Numbered from the stretch's first letter, positions 12,801 through 30,402 are shown. The stretch: DNA of 64,000 nt from Vitrella brassicaformis CCMP3155 (GCA_001179505.1 CDMY01000434.1:1-64000); one strand, 5' to 3'. Numbers and translations are program-made. Notes: generated by a model not told the origin, from the sequence alone.

Positions 12801-13495
12801 CACATTGATCTTCTCCCCTCTCTCTGTCTCTCTCTGCTTCGTGTGCGGGGTGTGTGTGCAGCCGACTGTGTGTGTGTGCGCGTCTCTCTGTGTTTGTCTC
12901 ATTCACCGTAGAAGACCTCGAACATCCAGACCCAGAAGTCCCCATAATTGGCCATGTCGAAAAACTGCACCGCACACAATCAATCAATCGGAACCCAAGA
13001 TTTCCTTTCTCTCTCTGTTTCTGGATGAGTATACACCTACCGTCTTCTCAAATCGCGGGCTGTCCATGTCGTCCTTTGCAATGCCCTCTGCGTTCATCCA
13101 ACACACACACAAACACCCTTCGCCCCTCTTTCGCTCTCTCTCCCCTTTCTGCCTGTCTGTCTGTCTGTCTGGCCGCCTGACCGACCTATGATTGCGTTTT
13201 GTATTTGGAAGGTCTGGTCGACCGGCCGTATGAGCATGGTGATGGTCACGAATATGGCGAGGAAGGTCGTGTAGAGCAGCCCCGAGTAGAACAGGCTGTT
13301 CCGCTTGGCCTTCTTGAACGAGTATATAACGCCGCCCAGCGGGATGCCGCCTGCGGTGGCTGCCTGCATCTCCGTATCCTCCTCATCGGCGTCGGGCTCA
13401 ACGGGAGAATGGCGGTCAGTCATCGTGATTTGTTGTGTTTGCGCGCTTTTGGGGGGCTTGGAGCTGAGCTCGCCGGCAAGGGATCCGCGCGACAT
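9851..13495 (-). CDS. Polycystin-2 (PKD2/TRPP)-like cation channel, many exons
   Basis: S1 LLYTTFLAIFVTITMLIRP; polycystin/TOP loop IRLRQSRV..LEILQTLVAERWVDENTRGIAIEMN, AYNPAYD; TMs ..AQSFWNWVELAN, VKFFKFLQLNQRM, FAFTFAGHWLYGSRVFEFRTWNVAFGYLLR, S6 IVTLVLLNMFIAILTDSY; C-terminal coil LQTQISALEGDLQALL. Confidence 0.9.
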
Positions 13496-13649
13496 TCTTG
13501 AGGTTGTTCTCTACATTTGATGGATTGGCACATCCACATGACATGGTCAGTGACACGCATCGTGCTCAGTGACACGCAGGGCGCCTCACTCACTGTCTCA
13601 TTGATCGACGGACGGAGACGCAGAGGGCGCAAAAATCCCATAGTCCATG

Positions 13650-13650
<1 letters not shown>

Positions 13651-13700
<50 letters not shown>
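13651..13700. repeat. Compound microsatellite (CA)n(GA)n, representative of very many simple repeats in introns and intergenic DNA
   Basis: Read directly; similar (GACA)n at 1495-1545 and 3481-3515, (CCAT)n/(GGAT)n at 41345-41370, (GGCA)n/(TGCC)n at 35690-35940. Confidence 0.9.
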
Positions 13701-13701
<1 letters not shown>

Positions 13702-13888
13702 TCTCACACACGTGCATGTGCACGTGAGAAGCAGGTCCACACACAGACACACAGATTCAGACCTATATATATCTTGGAGAGCCACACTCTCACGCACAAG
13801 TGAGGTGAACAGAGAGACACAGCAAGACAGCATGAACCCCTGGCCAGCTATACAGACGCTTTAGCAGCTTCTTCTTGCCGTGTCTTGC

Positions 13889-18232
<4,344 letters not shown>

Positions 18233-18283
18233 TGATTTTCCTCTCGGTCATCTCAACGACAACGGTGCCTGATAGTGGACACG

Positions 18284-21200
18284 ATGCTGAGGCTATTCAG
18301 CGGCCTTGATCCCAAGAACCGGTGCGTGGCCAAGGCCACCAACAAGTACGCAAGGAAAGAGTTAGCAGAGGGGCCTCGCCGCAGGCCGCTGGTGTGTTTG
18401 TATGTGATGGATGTGATTGACACATGTGGTTTTGCCCACACAATTCCTGCAGGCGTGTTGAGGGGGCCAAGCCCAAGTACTACCGCACCATCCTGATCGA
18501 GCTGTGGGGCAAGGAGACCGCCCAGCAATGCAGAGAGGCCTACCAATGGCTGTTCGACAGACTCATGGTCAGTGCTCAGCCAGCCAAGCAGGCCAAGCCA
18601 CAGCACACCACACAGTACAGTGCAATCAATCGAGCTCGCCCCTCTACTCTTCTTTTTCAGATTCGTCCAATCACTTCGGACCCTGTGGTGACCCTCAAGG
18701 TGCTGCTGCTGGTGCACAAGGTGTGCCAGCAGGGGCCCCTCGAGGCCGTCATGCAGAACCTCCCCATCAACCTGCTCGACAAGATACACGGCGCGTGGAT
18801 GGAGCCCTTCCCTGACAGCAGTAGCCACCCCCACCACACCCCCGACCTGCAGGGCAGCCAGAACCACATCATGATGCTCAACAGCAGCGGGGTCAGCAGC
18901 GGCCCGGAGGACGTGATTGTGGAGCGGATCGACTCGAACTCCAGTGTGCTCAGCACCAGCGACGACCAGAACCTCAAGGCGGTGATAGCCGAGTACAGTC
19001 GGTTCCTGCAGGCCAAGGTCAGCACCCACAGCAGGTGGGAGCTCTTCTTCCAGGGCAACTGGTCCATCGACCGCTACCTCGCTACCAACATGCTCACACT
19101 CGAGCAGGCCGCGCAGATCTACGACCCCACAATGTCACCCATACACCCAACCGTCCTCACCTCGCTGCTCGACCTGGCCCCCGCCCTCGCCCGCCTCAAC
19201 GCGCGGCTGATTGAGCCACCGCCGGACGGGGGTCAGCCCGGCTGCATTGGGTCGAGGTACTTCGTGCTGTATCTGGGGGTCATCACTGCCCTCATCGACG
19301 AGTCTTGGGCGCTGCTGTCGATCGCCACGCACATCCTCGGCCGTCTCGTGCTGAAGCTATACCCCTCCCGCACACCCTCTCCCTCCCCCAAGCACCAGAA
19401 CCAGCATCAGCAGCAACGGTCGCGGTCCTTTGGCCACGCCCGGTCCTCCCTCCGATTTGACATTGACAGTCTGATGATGGAGTCGACGGCTGCTGATGAT
19501 TTCGACTCATCCCCCAGCCAGTCGGCGGCCTCTCTCTTCGCGTCGACCAATCCGATGCCCCCATACCCCCCACAGCCACCCGAGACGTCGGCAACGTTTC
19601 CCTCTGGCGACGAGAGTGAAGCGTCTTTGCGGAGGCGGCGGACTTTGGCCAGCCTGCCGTCGGGGATATCTGAGGGGAGTGACAGTGAGGGCGGGTGGGG
19701 GTCGGTGACCGGCGACCAGCGGCGGAGCTTGGCTAGGGTGCTGCTGGCCGTCAAGGAGAGGTATCTCATGTTCGTTAGGACTGTCAGGGCGCTATCAGGT
19801 ACACACACACACACACAACAGACGATGCAGGGGCGCATCCGACGCACACGCCTTCTCTCCCTCCCTGTCGTGTGTCGATCGATCAGATTTTTGTCGTCGT
19901 TTCGAGAGTGTGTTTCCCGAGCTGGCGCACATGGCGTCGCCCCCCGACGTGGTGGAGGACCTCTTCTCCGACCTGCCCTCTCTCGTCAACCAGCCCACAC
20001 CCACCAGCCCTCGCACCTCACGCGCGTCAAGGGCGACGCCCATCGTACCCACCCCTCCCCCACAGCAAGCACGACCACAACAGGCCGCACGACAGCAGCT
20101 CTCGCCCAAAGAAGGCATGGCGCGCACACACTCGCCGCAGAGGGGTGACGCCGGTCGTGGTGGGGGCCGGTTCCCCGATTTCGAGCCGCCATCGCCGCGG
20201 GGTGTGGCTGCCCAGAGGGCTGATGAGGCCAAGACCGCCAGTCCGGCTGTGGGGCGGAGGGAGGGGGAGGGGGAGGCAGGGGAGCGCGACAAAAGGCCGG
20301 GGGATCACGCGGCGTCGGCATCGTTGCTGGGGCTGTCCCTGGCCCATCGGAGCCGGCACAACATCCCCAGTGCAGTCGTCAAGGCGTGCGACACACTCAG
20401 CGGGATAGAGCTGCCCAAATCGTCTGGTGAGAACAGGTTGCAAGGCCGACACACCGAGTATGCAATGTGCTTGCCATCCCTCTCTCCCCTCCCTGCCTCA
20501 GATCGTCTCTACCTGAACCCCTTCATCCCCGACCCCAACCAGCCCTCATTATCCGCCGATGGGCCGCCCGTCGAGGCCGGGAGTGCGTCAGAGGACGAGT
20601 TCGAGGACCTGTTTCTGCAATCAGACACCTCACAGCCACAGTCACAAGGCCCCTCCTCACCCAAACACCGGCCGACAACGGCGGTTGAGGATCTCATGGA
20701 TAGGGCGGTAACGAGTCCCACTCGGCCACAGCAGCCATTGCAGGAGCAGCAGAAGGAGCTGGGTGTGACGGCAGTGTCTGAGCAAGCGCCGCCGAAGCCT
20801 GCTGCATCACGACCCCCTCCGCCCCCACCACCTCCCCCACCCCCTGCCCACCCCTCGCTTGCAGCGCAAGCAGGCCACGTGCGGTCCTCATCTGCCGGCC
20901 CGGTGCCATCCGTGGCACCAGCACACGCCCCCCGACCTCAGCCACTGGAACAGCCTCCGCCCAAGAAGCGGGCGGCACCGGCTGTCTCTTCGCCGCCTGG
21001 TGTGGAGCCCAAGTTCGGCCCAGGTGTGCTGCTGCCGCTGCCGGACGGTCCGGTGGGGAGGGGGAAGCCCCCCGAGGGGACCTCGCAAACTGCGTCGCCC
21101 ACCCCTCTGTCGTCACCACGGCCGCCTCATGTGGAGGCAGGTCGGGGAGGTCGGCATTTGTGGGTGCAGCAACAGCAGAGGCTGCCAGATCTTGGTGCTC

Positions 21201-23396
21201 TGCAGCAGCAGCAGCAGCAGCATCACGTCAACAAGCAGGCGACGATGCCGGTTGGAGAGATCATGGCGGCCGCGGGTGGGGGGCACGGACACGGCAAAGC
21301 AGCAGCCGTCGACCACCCGGTGGGGCGTGCTGTGATGGCTCGGGCACCGACGGCGCCGCAGATCGTCAATATAAATGTGTCCCGTCCGCCACCACCAGCC
21401 CCCATCCCGCCCCTGCCCCTGCCGGTGCGTGAGGCGAGGCGCTACTCGCGGGGCTCCTCCCACAACCACAACAACCCCTTCTCGGGCTCGCAGCAGGTGT
21501 CAGCCGCCCCATCGTCACAGCACACGCCGGGAGTCCAGACGCCCGCAAGGCCGCTACACCCTGGCGGGCAGCAGCATCAGCAGCAACAGCAAGGCATCCA
21601 GGGGGTGTGGGCTGCTCAGCACCAGCATCACCACCAGCAAGGTGGGGGAGGGAGCCCCAAGCACGGCATGCAGCTGCCCCCGCCCCAGCCCCCCCAGGGA
21701 GAGCTGTTTCGCAACGCCTCCTACGGCGTGTTCGACCACTCGGCGCGTGCAGGGGGCGGTGGTCATGGCGCGGGCGGGTCACCAGCACCGTCCAACCCCT
21801 TCTTGCAGCAGAACTTGGCTTACATGGACCAGCACGCACCCTTTGGTGCGGGGCAGCGGCAGCGCCGCGCCAGCCAGCAGGAGATGCACATGCACCGCGT
21901 GTCGATGACCCCTCCTGCTGTCACGCCGCGGATGGGACAGACACCACACGCACACGTGGCCGCCGGACGAAACGCGGGCCTCATGCAAGCAGCCTTCCCC
22001 ACTCCCCCCAACGCACAGCAGCAGCAGCAGCAACAGCACCTTCATCACCACCACCATCACCACCAGCAGGCAGCGGCGCCGCAGCAACCCCACCATGCCC
22101 ACCCGCAGCCAAAGGGTGCGAGAGCGATGCCCCACCACGCACCGGCACAGGCAGCGCCCGACAGCCCCTCGAGCAACAACAGAGTGGCGCCGGAGTTGGA
22201 GGTCGATCCAAAGGAGATCCTGTACGAGCGGCTGCTGGGCCAGGGCGCCACAGCCAAGGTCTACAAGGGCAGCTGGCGGGGCACCGAGGTGGCCGTCAAG
22301 CAGCTGACGGTGGCCCTGCCCCTCAACAGCGACGACAAGGCGTGCACCGAGTTCAACCGGGAGATGGCCATTATGATGCGCCTGCGGCACCCCAACCTGA
22401 CTCTGCTGATGGGGGCGACCACTAAAAACCGGCCGCTTTGCGTAATCATCGAGTACTGCAGCGGCGGGACGCTGTTCGAGCTGCTACATGGGCAGCCACA
22501 GGTGCCGCTGACGTGGCGGCAGAAGATCAAGCTGGCGACGGACATTGCCAAGGGGATGAACTTCCTGCACACCTGCAAACCGCAGATTGTCCACAGGGAC
22601 CTCAAGTGAGCCAAGACGGAGAGATCGAGAGATGATGACCTTATTGGATGGATGGATGGAATCGTTCGTGTGTGGCAGGTCGCTGAACATCTTGTTGGCC
22701 GAGCCGGTCCGCTCGCCGTCAGACAATCCGCTTGCCAAAGTCTCCGATTTCGGTGAGTGAGCACACAGACACTCAGGCAGACAGACAGACAGGCAGGCAG
22801 GAGAGGAGCCGAGAGCACCTCCCTCCCTCCCTCCCTCCCTCTCTCCCTTGTGTGTCGTTCATTCAGGTCTGAGTCGCATCAAGCGTTCGGCGGGTTGGGG
22901 TCACATGACGGGCGCCGCGGGCACCTACCACTGGATGGCGCCGGAGGTCCTCACAAACCAACAGTACAACGAAAAAGTCGACGGTAGGCCCTGCCAAATC
23001 AAAGGACACGCAAACAAGCGAGCGATCGCATCTCTCTCTCTGTGTGTGTGTGTGTGTGTACTTTTATATGCAGTGTTCTCGTTTGGCATCGTGTTGTACG
23101 AGATCTGTTCGCGTCGCATCCCCTACGAGGAGCTCAACCTGCCGCCCGTCTCAATCGGCATCGCCGTCTCGAAGGGCGCCCGGCCCGACCTTAAGAGGAT
23201 CCCCATCGACACACCTGTTCAGATCAGGTGGGCAGGCAAGAAGGCGACACACGCGCAGCGCACAGCACAGCGGAGTGTGTGTGGTTCGTCCCATGTGTGT
23301 GTGTGCAGGCAGCTGCTGCAGATGTGTTGGGCGCCGAGTCCGGCGGATCGGCCGTCGTTCGAGACGGTCCTCGCCGTGCTCAAACAAGTCAGCTGA
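18284..23396 (+). CDS. ANTH (Sla2/HIP1-type) domain + long P/Q/H-rich linker + tyrosine-kinase-like (Raf/MLK-like) kinase
   Basis: N-term KATNK..GPKPKYYRTILIEL, VVTLKVLLLVHKVCQQGP, IAEYSRFLQAKVSTHSRWELFFQG; kinase LGQGATAKVYKGSWRGTEVAVK, FNREMAIMMRLRHPNL, HRDLK|SLNILL, KVSDFG|LSR, GTYHWMAPEVL, D|VFSFGIVLYEI, CWAPSPADRPSF. Intron 19799-19886 joins the two long ORFs in frame. Confidence 0.88.
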
Positions 23397-24256
23397 TGGG
23401 GGTGGGGTAGGGTTGCGTTGCGTTGGGTTGGGTTGGGTGTTCTGGGTGCGGTGGCGGTGATGCGCTGTCGAGTGAAGGTGCATAGGGGCTGGCTGCTCGG
23501 GACATGTAGTGTATTTGGCCGGGGGGGAATTGCGTGTGTGCATCCTTTTGTGTTGGCTGGTTTGCTAATGGAAAGATTGGTCTGGCAATGAAGGTGGTCG
23601 TGAGTGATGGTAGGTTGGCTGACACGAACACTTGCTCGCGCACAGTGACTGGGTGAAATGCGGTGTGTCCTCTGAGAGGAATGAACTTCAGCTGGCAGTT
23701 CGATGGATGCGACACGGAGCGACCGACGTCCATTTGCAACGGTCAGCGAACGAGTGACGGCTCACATCACACAGAAATGTACCACAGCATATTGTGAGAA
23801 AAAACCGTGTATCTAGTGTGAAGGACCCTTGAAAACCAGCGGCACACCGACCGACATATGAGCACGATGTGATGTGTATACCGACCATACCAGGTGGGCT
23901 CTCTCATCAACACATACACACCACAAACACACGCAATCCCTATCTGCCCTGCCTAGCCCCCACACATGAGTGGAATGCTCTGTGCCTGATACTGTAACTG
24001 TACAACGCATAAAATTGCCACGCCAGCCACCAATTAGGAATCCATGGTGAATTGCCCGTTTGTCTCCCTGTCTGTGCTCCGCCCTCCCTCCCTCCCTCCC
24101 TCCCTCCCTCACTCATCTATACTACAAGGCGGCCACAACGCATTTGCAGCAATCATGCACAACACAGTGTTCGTCAACCATCATCGGCCAATGGCACCAT
24201 TGTATGAAGCAGCCACAAGAAAGCGCAACACACACACTCAAGACACAGCGGGGCAG

Positions 24257-24287
<31 letters not shown>

Positions 24288-24481
24288 GACAGGAGAGGGA
24301 AAACCAGCTTTTAGCTGACTATGCTCTGGACACACGCATGACACACACACACACACATACCCACACGCATACGTCGTGGCAGCCGCCCTTTGTCCGAATC
24401 GCAGAGAGAGCGAAAAAGACAGAGCAAGCATACATTCGCACACACACAACAGAGCCTGTCGAGCCTGTCTGTCTCTAGTCT

Positions 24482-26128
24482 CTAGGGCGCCTCAGTGGGC
24501 GACTCCGGGGCCCTCACACCCGCCGGCGTGCTGCTCGGGCGGTTTCCCTTGGCTCCGATGGCCTGCCCAGTGTGCCACTGGGGCGAATAGGGTCCACTGC
24601 CGGTGACCACAGTGAGGCCGTGGGAGCTCAGCTTGGTGCGCACGACGTTGGGGGGGCTGCCTGGATGAGGTCCGTCGGGCAGTCCGTCGGCTGATGTCCG
24701 CTTTGCAGGTGGTGAGATGGGTGGCTGTGGTCTGATCCAGTTGACCTTGTAGTAGAAGGCCTCGTTGCCGTTGGACATCCGGAGGGTCGTCTTCTCAATC
24801 GCTATCGACAGCTCGTGCTCTTGCCTGATGCACTCAACGACGGAGGGATGCAGGGAGGGATGGATGGGGTGTGTGGTCATGTCATCTGTGTGGTCATCGG
24901 TGGGGGACTGCTCACTTACGCCATGTACGAGATGAGAAGCTCCCTCCTGCCAGCGATCAGCTCACACAGACTGTCGGAGAAGAAGGGCTCCACCCAACAC
25001 ACGGGGGGCGGGGCCTGCGGGGTGGCGGCAGCGGGGGGATGGCCGCCCACACCACGAGACGGCAAAGACGAGCCCCTCACGTGACACCTGGTATCGTCAC
25101 GCCCAGACAGACAGACAGACAGACAGACAGAGGACGGAATGTTTTCTCGACCCTCCAATCAGTCAAGTCGATGACTCCGTCATCCATCCATCCCATCACG
25201 TACCTGGCCACAATGTCGTCTCGGTGCACATCGATCTTGCCCCAGCCGAGTATCTGCACCGTCACCCTGTCCTCCTCCCGCGCCGAAGGGAACACCCCAA
25301 CCGCACACGCCTGCAGCGACACACCCATACCCGCACCGCCGCACGCCGACGCCTCACGATGGTGGTCCCTCTCACGCCGCTCCTCATCCCACCCCTCCCC
25401 TGCGCAATGCCTCGGCAGCCCACCGCCGTCCACGAACTGGCGGAAGCCTTTGAAGAGCACCGCTGCGAAATTGCGCAGGAGCGCGCGCATCTTCTGGTCG
25501 CCCCACCTCTGCTCCTGCGCCAGCTCCTCCAGCTTCCGGTCAGAGAGAGTTAGGGGTGGGGGCAGGGCGGCCGCTGTGCGACCGTTCTCGAGCAGCGCCT
25601 CGATATCAATGTTGTAGAAGTCGAGCTCTTTGAGCAGGTGGTCCTCCATCAGGTGAGGGGGGCAATACCAGGACCGGGAGCGGAGGATCTCCAACACGGC
25701 CTCATAATACGCACCCGACCTGCAAACACATGGGAGAGAGAGAGTCTGAGTGAGGACGGTGCCTCTGCGGCTGTTTGTGTGAGGGAGCTCTGCAGGGATG
25801 CCCACGCACCTATCGATGAAGTATGCGCCGCTCTCGTCGCGGTAGGCAGGAATGCGGCCACTCAGGAGGCCGACGAAGAAAGAATTCTGGGCCAAACCGG
25901 TCTGCACACAAACATAACCAGACAGACCCCACAGGCTACCAAATAGATGCCACCACCTTTTGCCTCCCGTGGTGTGCGAGTGACCTGCCAGCCTACCTGG
26001 AGTGTCGACGCGAGTGTGGTGAACTTCATCCCTCCGACATTCAGATGCACCAACGGAGATGGCGCGGGCGGCGGCGAGTAGTCGGGCGTAGACTGCCTCA
26101 CGAGCGATGACGACGAAGCCTCTTCCAT
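24482..26128 (-). CDS. BTB/POZ (KCTD / K+ channel tetramerisation-type) domain protein
   Basis: LVHLNVGGMKFTTLASTL|..SFFVGLLSGRIPAYRDESGAYFIDR|SGAYYEAVLEILRS..LLKELDFYNI is the classic T1-type BTB signature; later exons lack TM segments. Confidence 0.88.
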
Positions 26129-26341
26129 CTTCCAGACCAGCTGGATGGTCGTGCCATCAAAACCGTGATTCTCGTTCTCCCTCTTTCTCAAGCTGGCAAC
26201 GGTTTCAGGAAGCACCCTAGGCGGCCTTTCAGCTCGCAAGTGGCTTCGAGAGGGAGAAGAGAGCATAAGGGCCAGGCCATCAGCACAAGGACAAGGACAG
26301 CCATAAGAGAGCATCGGAGGAGCAGATCAGCAAAAGCCGCC

Positions 26342-29295
26342 ATGCGGTGGTGGGATCCGGCAGAAGAGGCTTCCGCCGTGAAGCAGTGTGCTGCTCAACG
26401 ACCAGGGAGAAGGAGGAGCCAGCAACAGCAGCAGCAGCAGTGGTGGCGTCAGAGTGCTCTCCAGCCGTCGAGCGGAGTAATGGTCATGTGCTTGTGCCTT
26501 GTGCAGTGGCTCTATCTGCCGCTGTGCGAGGGTGCCACACGGCTGGCGCGAGGGAGATTGCTGGGATTTGGTTCTCTTCCGACGCCTCGATTGGCCGCAG
26601 GCGTGCAGTGGAGGGAATGTCGACGCAGAGAGGGTGAGCGAATCATGACTGACAGAGAAACATAGACTGGATGTCTGTCTGTCTGTCTGGTGTTATTATC
26701 AGGTGGTCAGCCGCCTCTCCTCCGTCTTGCAGCGAAGAAGCGGTCTGTAGAGCCGCCTTCAGACGGGGACGACGAAGCAAAGCCGAAGAGCGCGAAAGCG
26801 GATAATGCTGATACAGCCCCCCCGTCGCTTACCCCCCTTGCTTCTCTTGGCGACATCGAGATGGACGTCGGCGATGCATCCGCTGCTGCTGCTGCGCCTG
26901 AGTCGGCCCCGAAAGCCAAGAAGTCTCGAGGCAAGAAGGCGGAGGCAGCGACGCGGTGGTTCCCGACCAACGATGAGGAGTGGAGGACAGAGGCCGCTCT
27001 CGCAGACTTGGAGACCAGAATGAAGGTGAGGGAGGGCGACTACACACAGGAGCGGGTGACTGACGTGCAGGTTGCTGGTTCAAATGTTCTTTCTGCCTGT
27101 CTGTCTGCAGCGTGCTTCGGATGAGGGCCGGTACACAGAAGCGGCGGCTTTGCGTGATGACATCTCAAAGCTGCACACAGACGAGTACCTCAGAGTCCTC
27201 GAGGCAAACAGACGATTCTACGCCGCGTAAGGAAGACACACGCCCGGCCAAGCGGCGCTTCACCCACACATACATTCCTCCCTCCCTCCCTCTCCCTCTC
27301 TGGATGTCTGTCTGTGTCTTGCGTCCGTCAGGTTCTCTTCCAAGTCGCTGCAGGAGATGCAGGCCGTGTGGATGAACAACAACATGATCTTGTGCTTCCA
27401 CCCCTCGTCGCCCAAGCCCATCAGCGGCTACGAGGCCATCATGGACTCATGGAAGCGGCTCTTTCACGCGACAAACAGAGACGGCGAGAAACAGCGGGTC
27501 ATCCAGCCGCACAACATCGCCGCTCGGGTGAGGGGCACTACTGCCTGGGTGACGTGCGAGGAGGTGGTCCTCAAGAAGGTCTCTGGCAACTCTTCCCCCG
27601 TGCCCACGGGGAGGCGTCTCATCGCCACAAACGTCTTCCACAAGCTAGATGGGAAATGGTCAGTGTCGCGAGCAAACGAGCGAGATTTACTAGACATGGT
27701 GCACACAAGTTACTTAGTTGGTTGTTTCTTCTTTGTCGGCTGCAGGCTGCTGGTGCACCACCACGCCTCTGCACCACAGAGGGTCCAAAGGCGCCAGCAG
27801 CAAGTGTGGGCTTCTGGCAACATATTCGGTGCACGCACACAAAACACACAGCCACACGGGCACACGCCAGGGATGCCATTCCTCACACACGCCCTCTGTC
27901 GCCCGTCCCGTCTGTGTGAATATCAGATTTATTCGACGGTGGCCAGGAGATGGAGGAAGAAGAGGACGAGTACGACGCCAGAGAAGACGCGGAGGGACCC
28001 GGTGAGTCAGACAGATGAGGGCAGCCAGGCAGGCCATGTAGCCCATGCCTTGGACGCATGTCTCTCCGTGATCACCATTTCAGATGACATGTTTGAGTTT
28101 GACACGGACGACCAGGAGCCGCAGCAAGTGAGGGTGATAGTGGGCGGCCCAGGGGCACCTCAGCAGCTGGGCGGCTTCTTCAAGCGGATCCTCATGGGCG
28201 GCCAGGAGGGCGGCGACATGATGTTCGACTCGACGGGCGACGACAACGGCAAGAAGGTACGTACGCACCTACCGACCGACACACGACGCCCATCAATGTC
28301 CTCGATGCTGTGTTGTGTTGGGGTGCGCTGTGTCGGGTGCAGGGGTTTGTGGCTCATCAGTTCTTCACCATCGACCAGAACGGCAACATCCGCAGCGCAT
28401 CCATAGACGACGGCGACAGTGACGATGAACAAGACGACACCAAAACCACCGGCGGCCAGCAGAACAAGAAGAAGAAGCGGGGGCAGAACAACAGCAGCAA
28501 CAACAGCCAAGTGACGCCCAACCTGGCGGCTGGGGGCCCTTTCTCCCTTTTCGACCAGGTGCTGGGCCTCCCGCCCGGGCCGGTGATTCGGCAGCAGCAG
28601 ATGGGTGGCCCATCAGGGATGCAGATCACTCCGCTGCATCAAATCATCAACGATATTGATGAGAATGAGTCACCCGAAGACGCTGCTGCCGCCGCTGCAT
28701 ACCAGACCCCCTCCATCTCACTCCACAACATCCCCCTGACCCGCGTCGAGCGCAACGGCAGCGTCGCCTTCGAGGCGCCACAGATCAGCCTGGCAGCAGC
28801 GCCAGCACCACCCTCCCCGCCCCCCACCACAACAGCAAAGGATTGGATCGATCTGTCCGACCTGACGCCGACACAGCCACAGCAGCCGAAGGTGGAGCCC
28901 TCCGTGACTTCCAAGGCCGTCAAGGCCATCCGTCGGCTGCACCGGCAATCACGGCTGTCTAACTTTGAGAAGAAGGTGCTGCTCAAGGAGCTGGTGGACG
29001 ACCAGGTGATTGCCAGGGTGGGGGAGGGGGCGTCGAGGGGGCAGAGAATCGATGTCGCCTATCGGTTGCTCGTCGAAGAAGCCACCAAGGTGAGAGGGAG
29101 GGGGCGTGGTGGCAGCTCCACACACACAAGACGGCAGAGGAGATGCATTTATTGCGTGTGCGCTTGTGTGTGTGTGGTGCGTTCCAGAATGGCACATCGG
29201 CTGAGGCGGAGGAAGCCGAAGACGACTTTCTTCAGCAGCTCCAGATGATCACAGCCGCGGCGAACCAGACCACCACCCCAGCCCACAATGAGTAG
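26342..29295 (+). CDS. UVR domain + SnoaL_3/NTF2-like protein with possible bipartite plastid-targeting N-terminus and extended C-terminus
   Basis: EGRYTEAAALRDDISKL (UvrB/C-like), DEYLRVLEANRRFYAA|FSSKSLQEMQAVW..CFHPSS..ISGYEAIMDSW..VRGTTAWVTCEE..IATNVFHKLDGKW|RLLVHHHAS, matching plant/algal UVR-SnoaL proteins; hydrophobic N-terminal segment VMVMCLCLVQWLYLPLCEG. Confidence 0.8.
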
Positions 29296-29700
29296 GGTAC
29301 GTCGATGTCTATCCCTGTGTCTTTGTTTGACGGGTTTTCCATTGCGTTGCCACCGTTCCATTCCGTTCCGTTTCGACCCACAAGGCAAGGCAAGGCAGGG
29401 AGGGAGGAGGAAGGATTGTGTGTGTGTGTATGTGTGAAAGCAGTGTGTGCATATCCAACCGAGATGATGAGATTTTTGCACGTCCGTCCCCGCTGTCTGT
29501 TTTGGCTGGCGATGCAGTCAGTGATGTCGTGACTGACGAAGATGTGAGACCCTTTTGAGTTTGGCATCTCTGTCTGTTCTCTTCCAACTGACCAACACGC
29601 TTTAAGCCTACACATATACACTAGTGCTGGCAACACCCGTGCGATCATGCGCAGCCCCTGGCCGCGTCTACACTCGGCTCGGCTCACCAGATGAACTGAT

Positions 29701-29735
<35 letters not shown>

Positions 29736-29791
29736 CACACACACACAAGGCCACTGACAAGAGTATGACAACGTTCGGGCATCTCGCGTGG

Positions 29792-30402
29792 TCAGGTACT
29801 GGCAAACTCCTGTAGAGTCTGTCGGGCTCTGTGCAGTCCTTCTGCCACATCGCCCTCAGCGACGCCCCTCTTGAGGAAGTGCACGGCGTTCTTGATCTTG
29901 GACACCACCATGTTGTTCGAGGCACGCAGCCTATCGAAGCTCCTGCGGTCCGACTTAAGGATCTTCCCTGCCATGGGTCAGAAGCAGTCAGGGCAGCGAC
30001 GCGAGAGGCAGTGGTTTGTGTACCGAATTGGTCTTTGGTGTGTTTGTCCATGCGGTTCGACGACATGATGTCGCTGAGCCCCTCTGATGTGTCCTTGTTG
30101 AGTGCTTTGGTCCTCTTCATGTTGGCCTCCAGCTTATGCTGGATGCTCTCCAGCTTCGTCACCATCGCCTCGGCCTGCGTGCACCGCAGCGGCGTGGGTG
30201 AGGAGGAGAGTTGACGCACGTGTGGCCCTCTTACCTCTTTCTTGTCTGCGGCTCTGTCCTTGGTCTGCGCCTTCGGCCCTCCATCGTGATGGATCTGCCC
30301 GAGACTCGACGCTGCTGAACCGAACCACAAGCTGGGTTAATGCATGCAAACTGAAAGATTTCTTCTCACGTGCTACCTGCTTGGCCTCCCACAACCAGCC
30401 AT
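29792..30402 (-). CDS. Small hypothetical helical protein (about 4 exons)
   Basis: MAGCGRPS|SLWFGSAAS..DKKE|AEAMVTKLESIQHKLEANMK..|GKILKSDRRSFDRLRAS..QEFAST*, joined at GT-AG sites; no domain recognised. Confidence 0.5.

Noticed and set aside
23400-24480. Possible transposon remnant or small gene between the kinase and BTB genes
   Set aside because: No terminal repeats, transposase or RT motifs, and no coherent spliced ORF; consistent with two convergent 3' UTRs.
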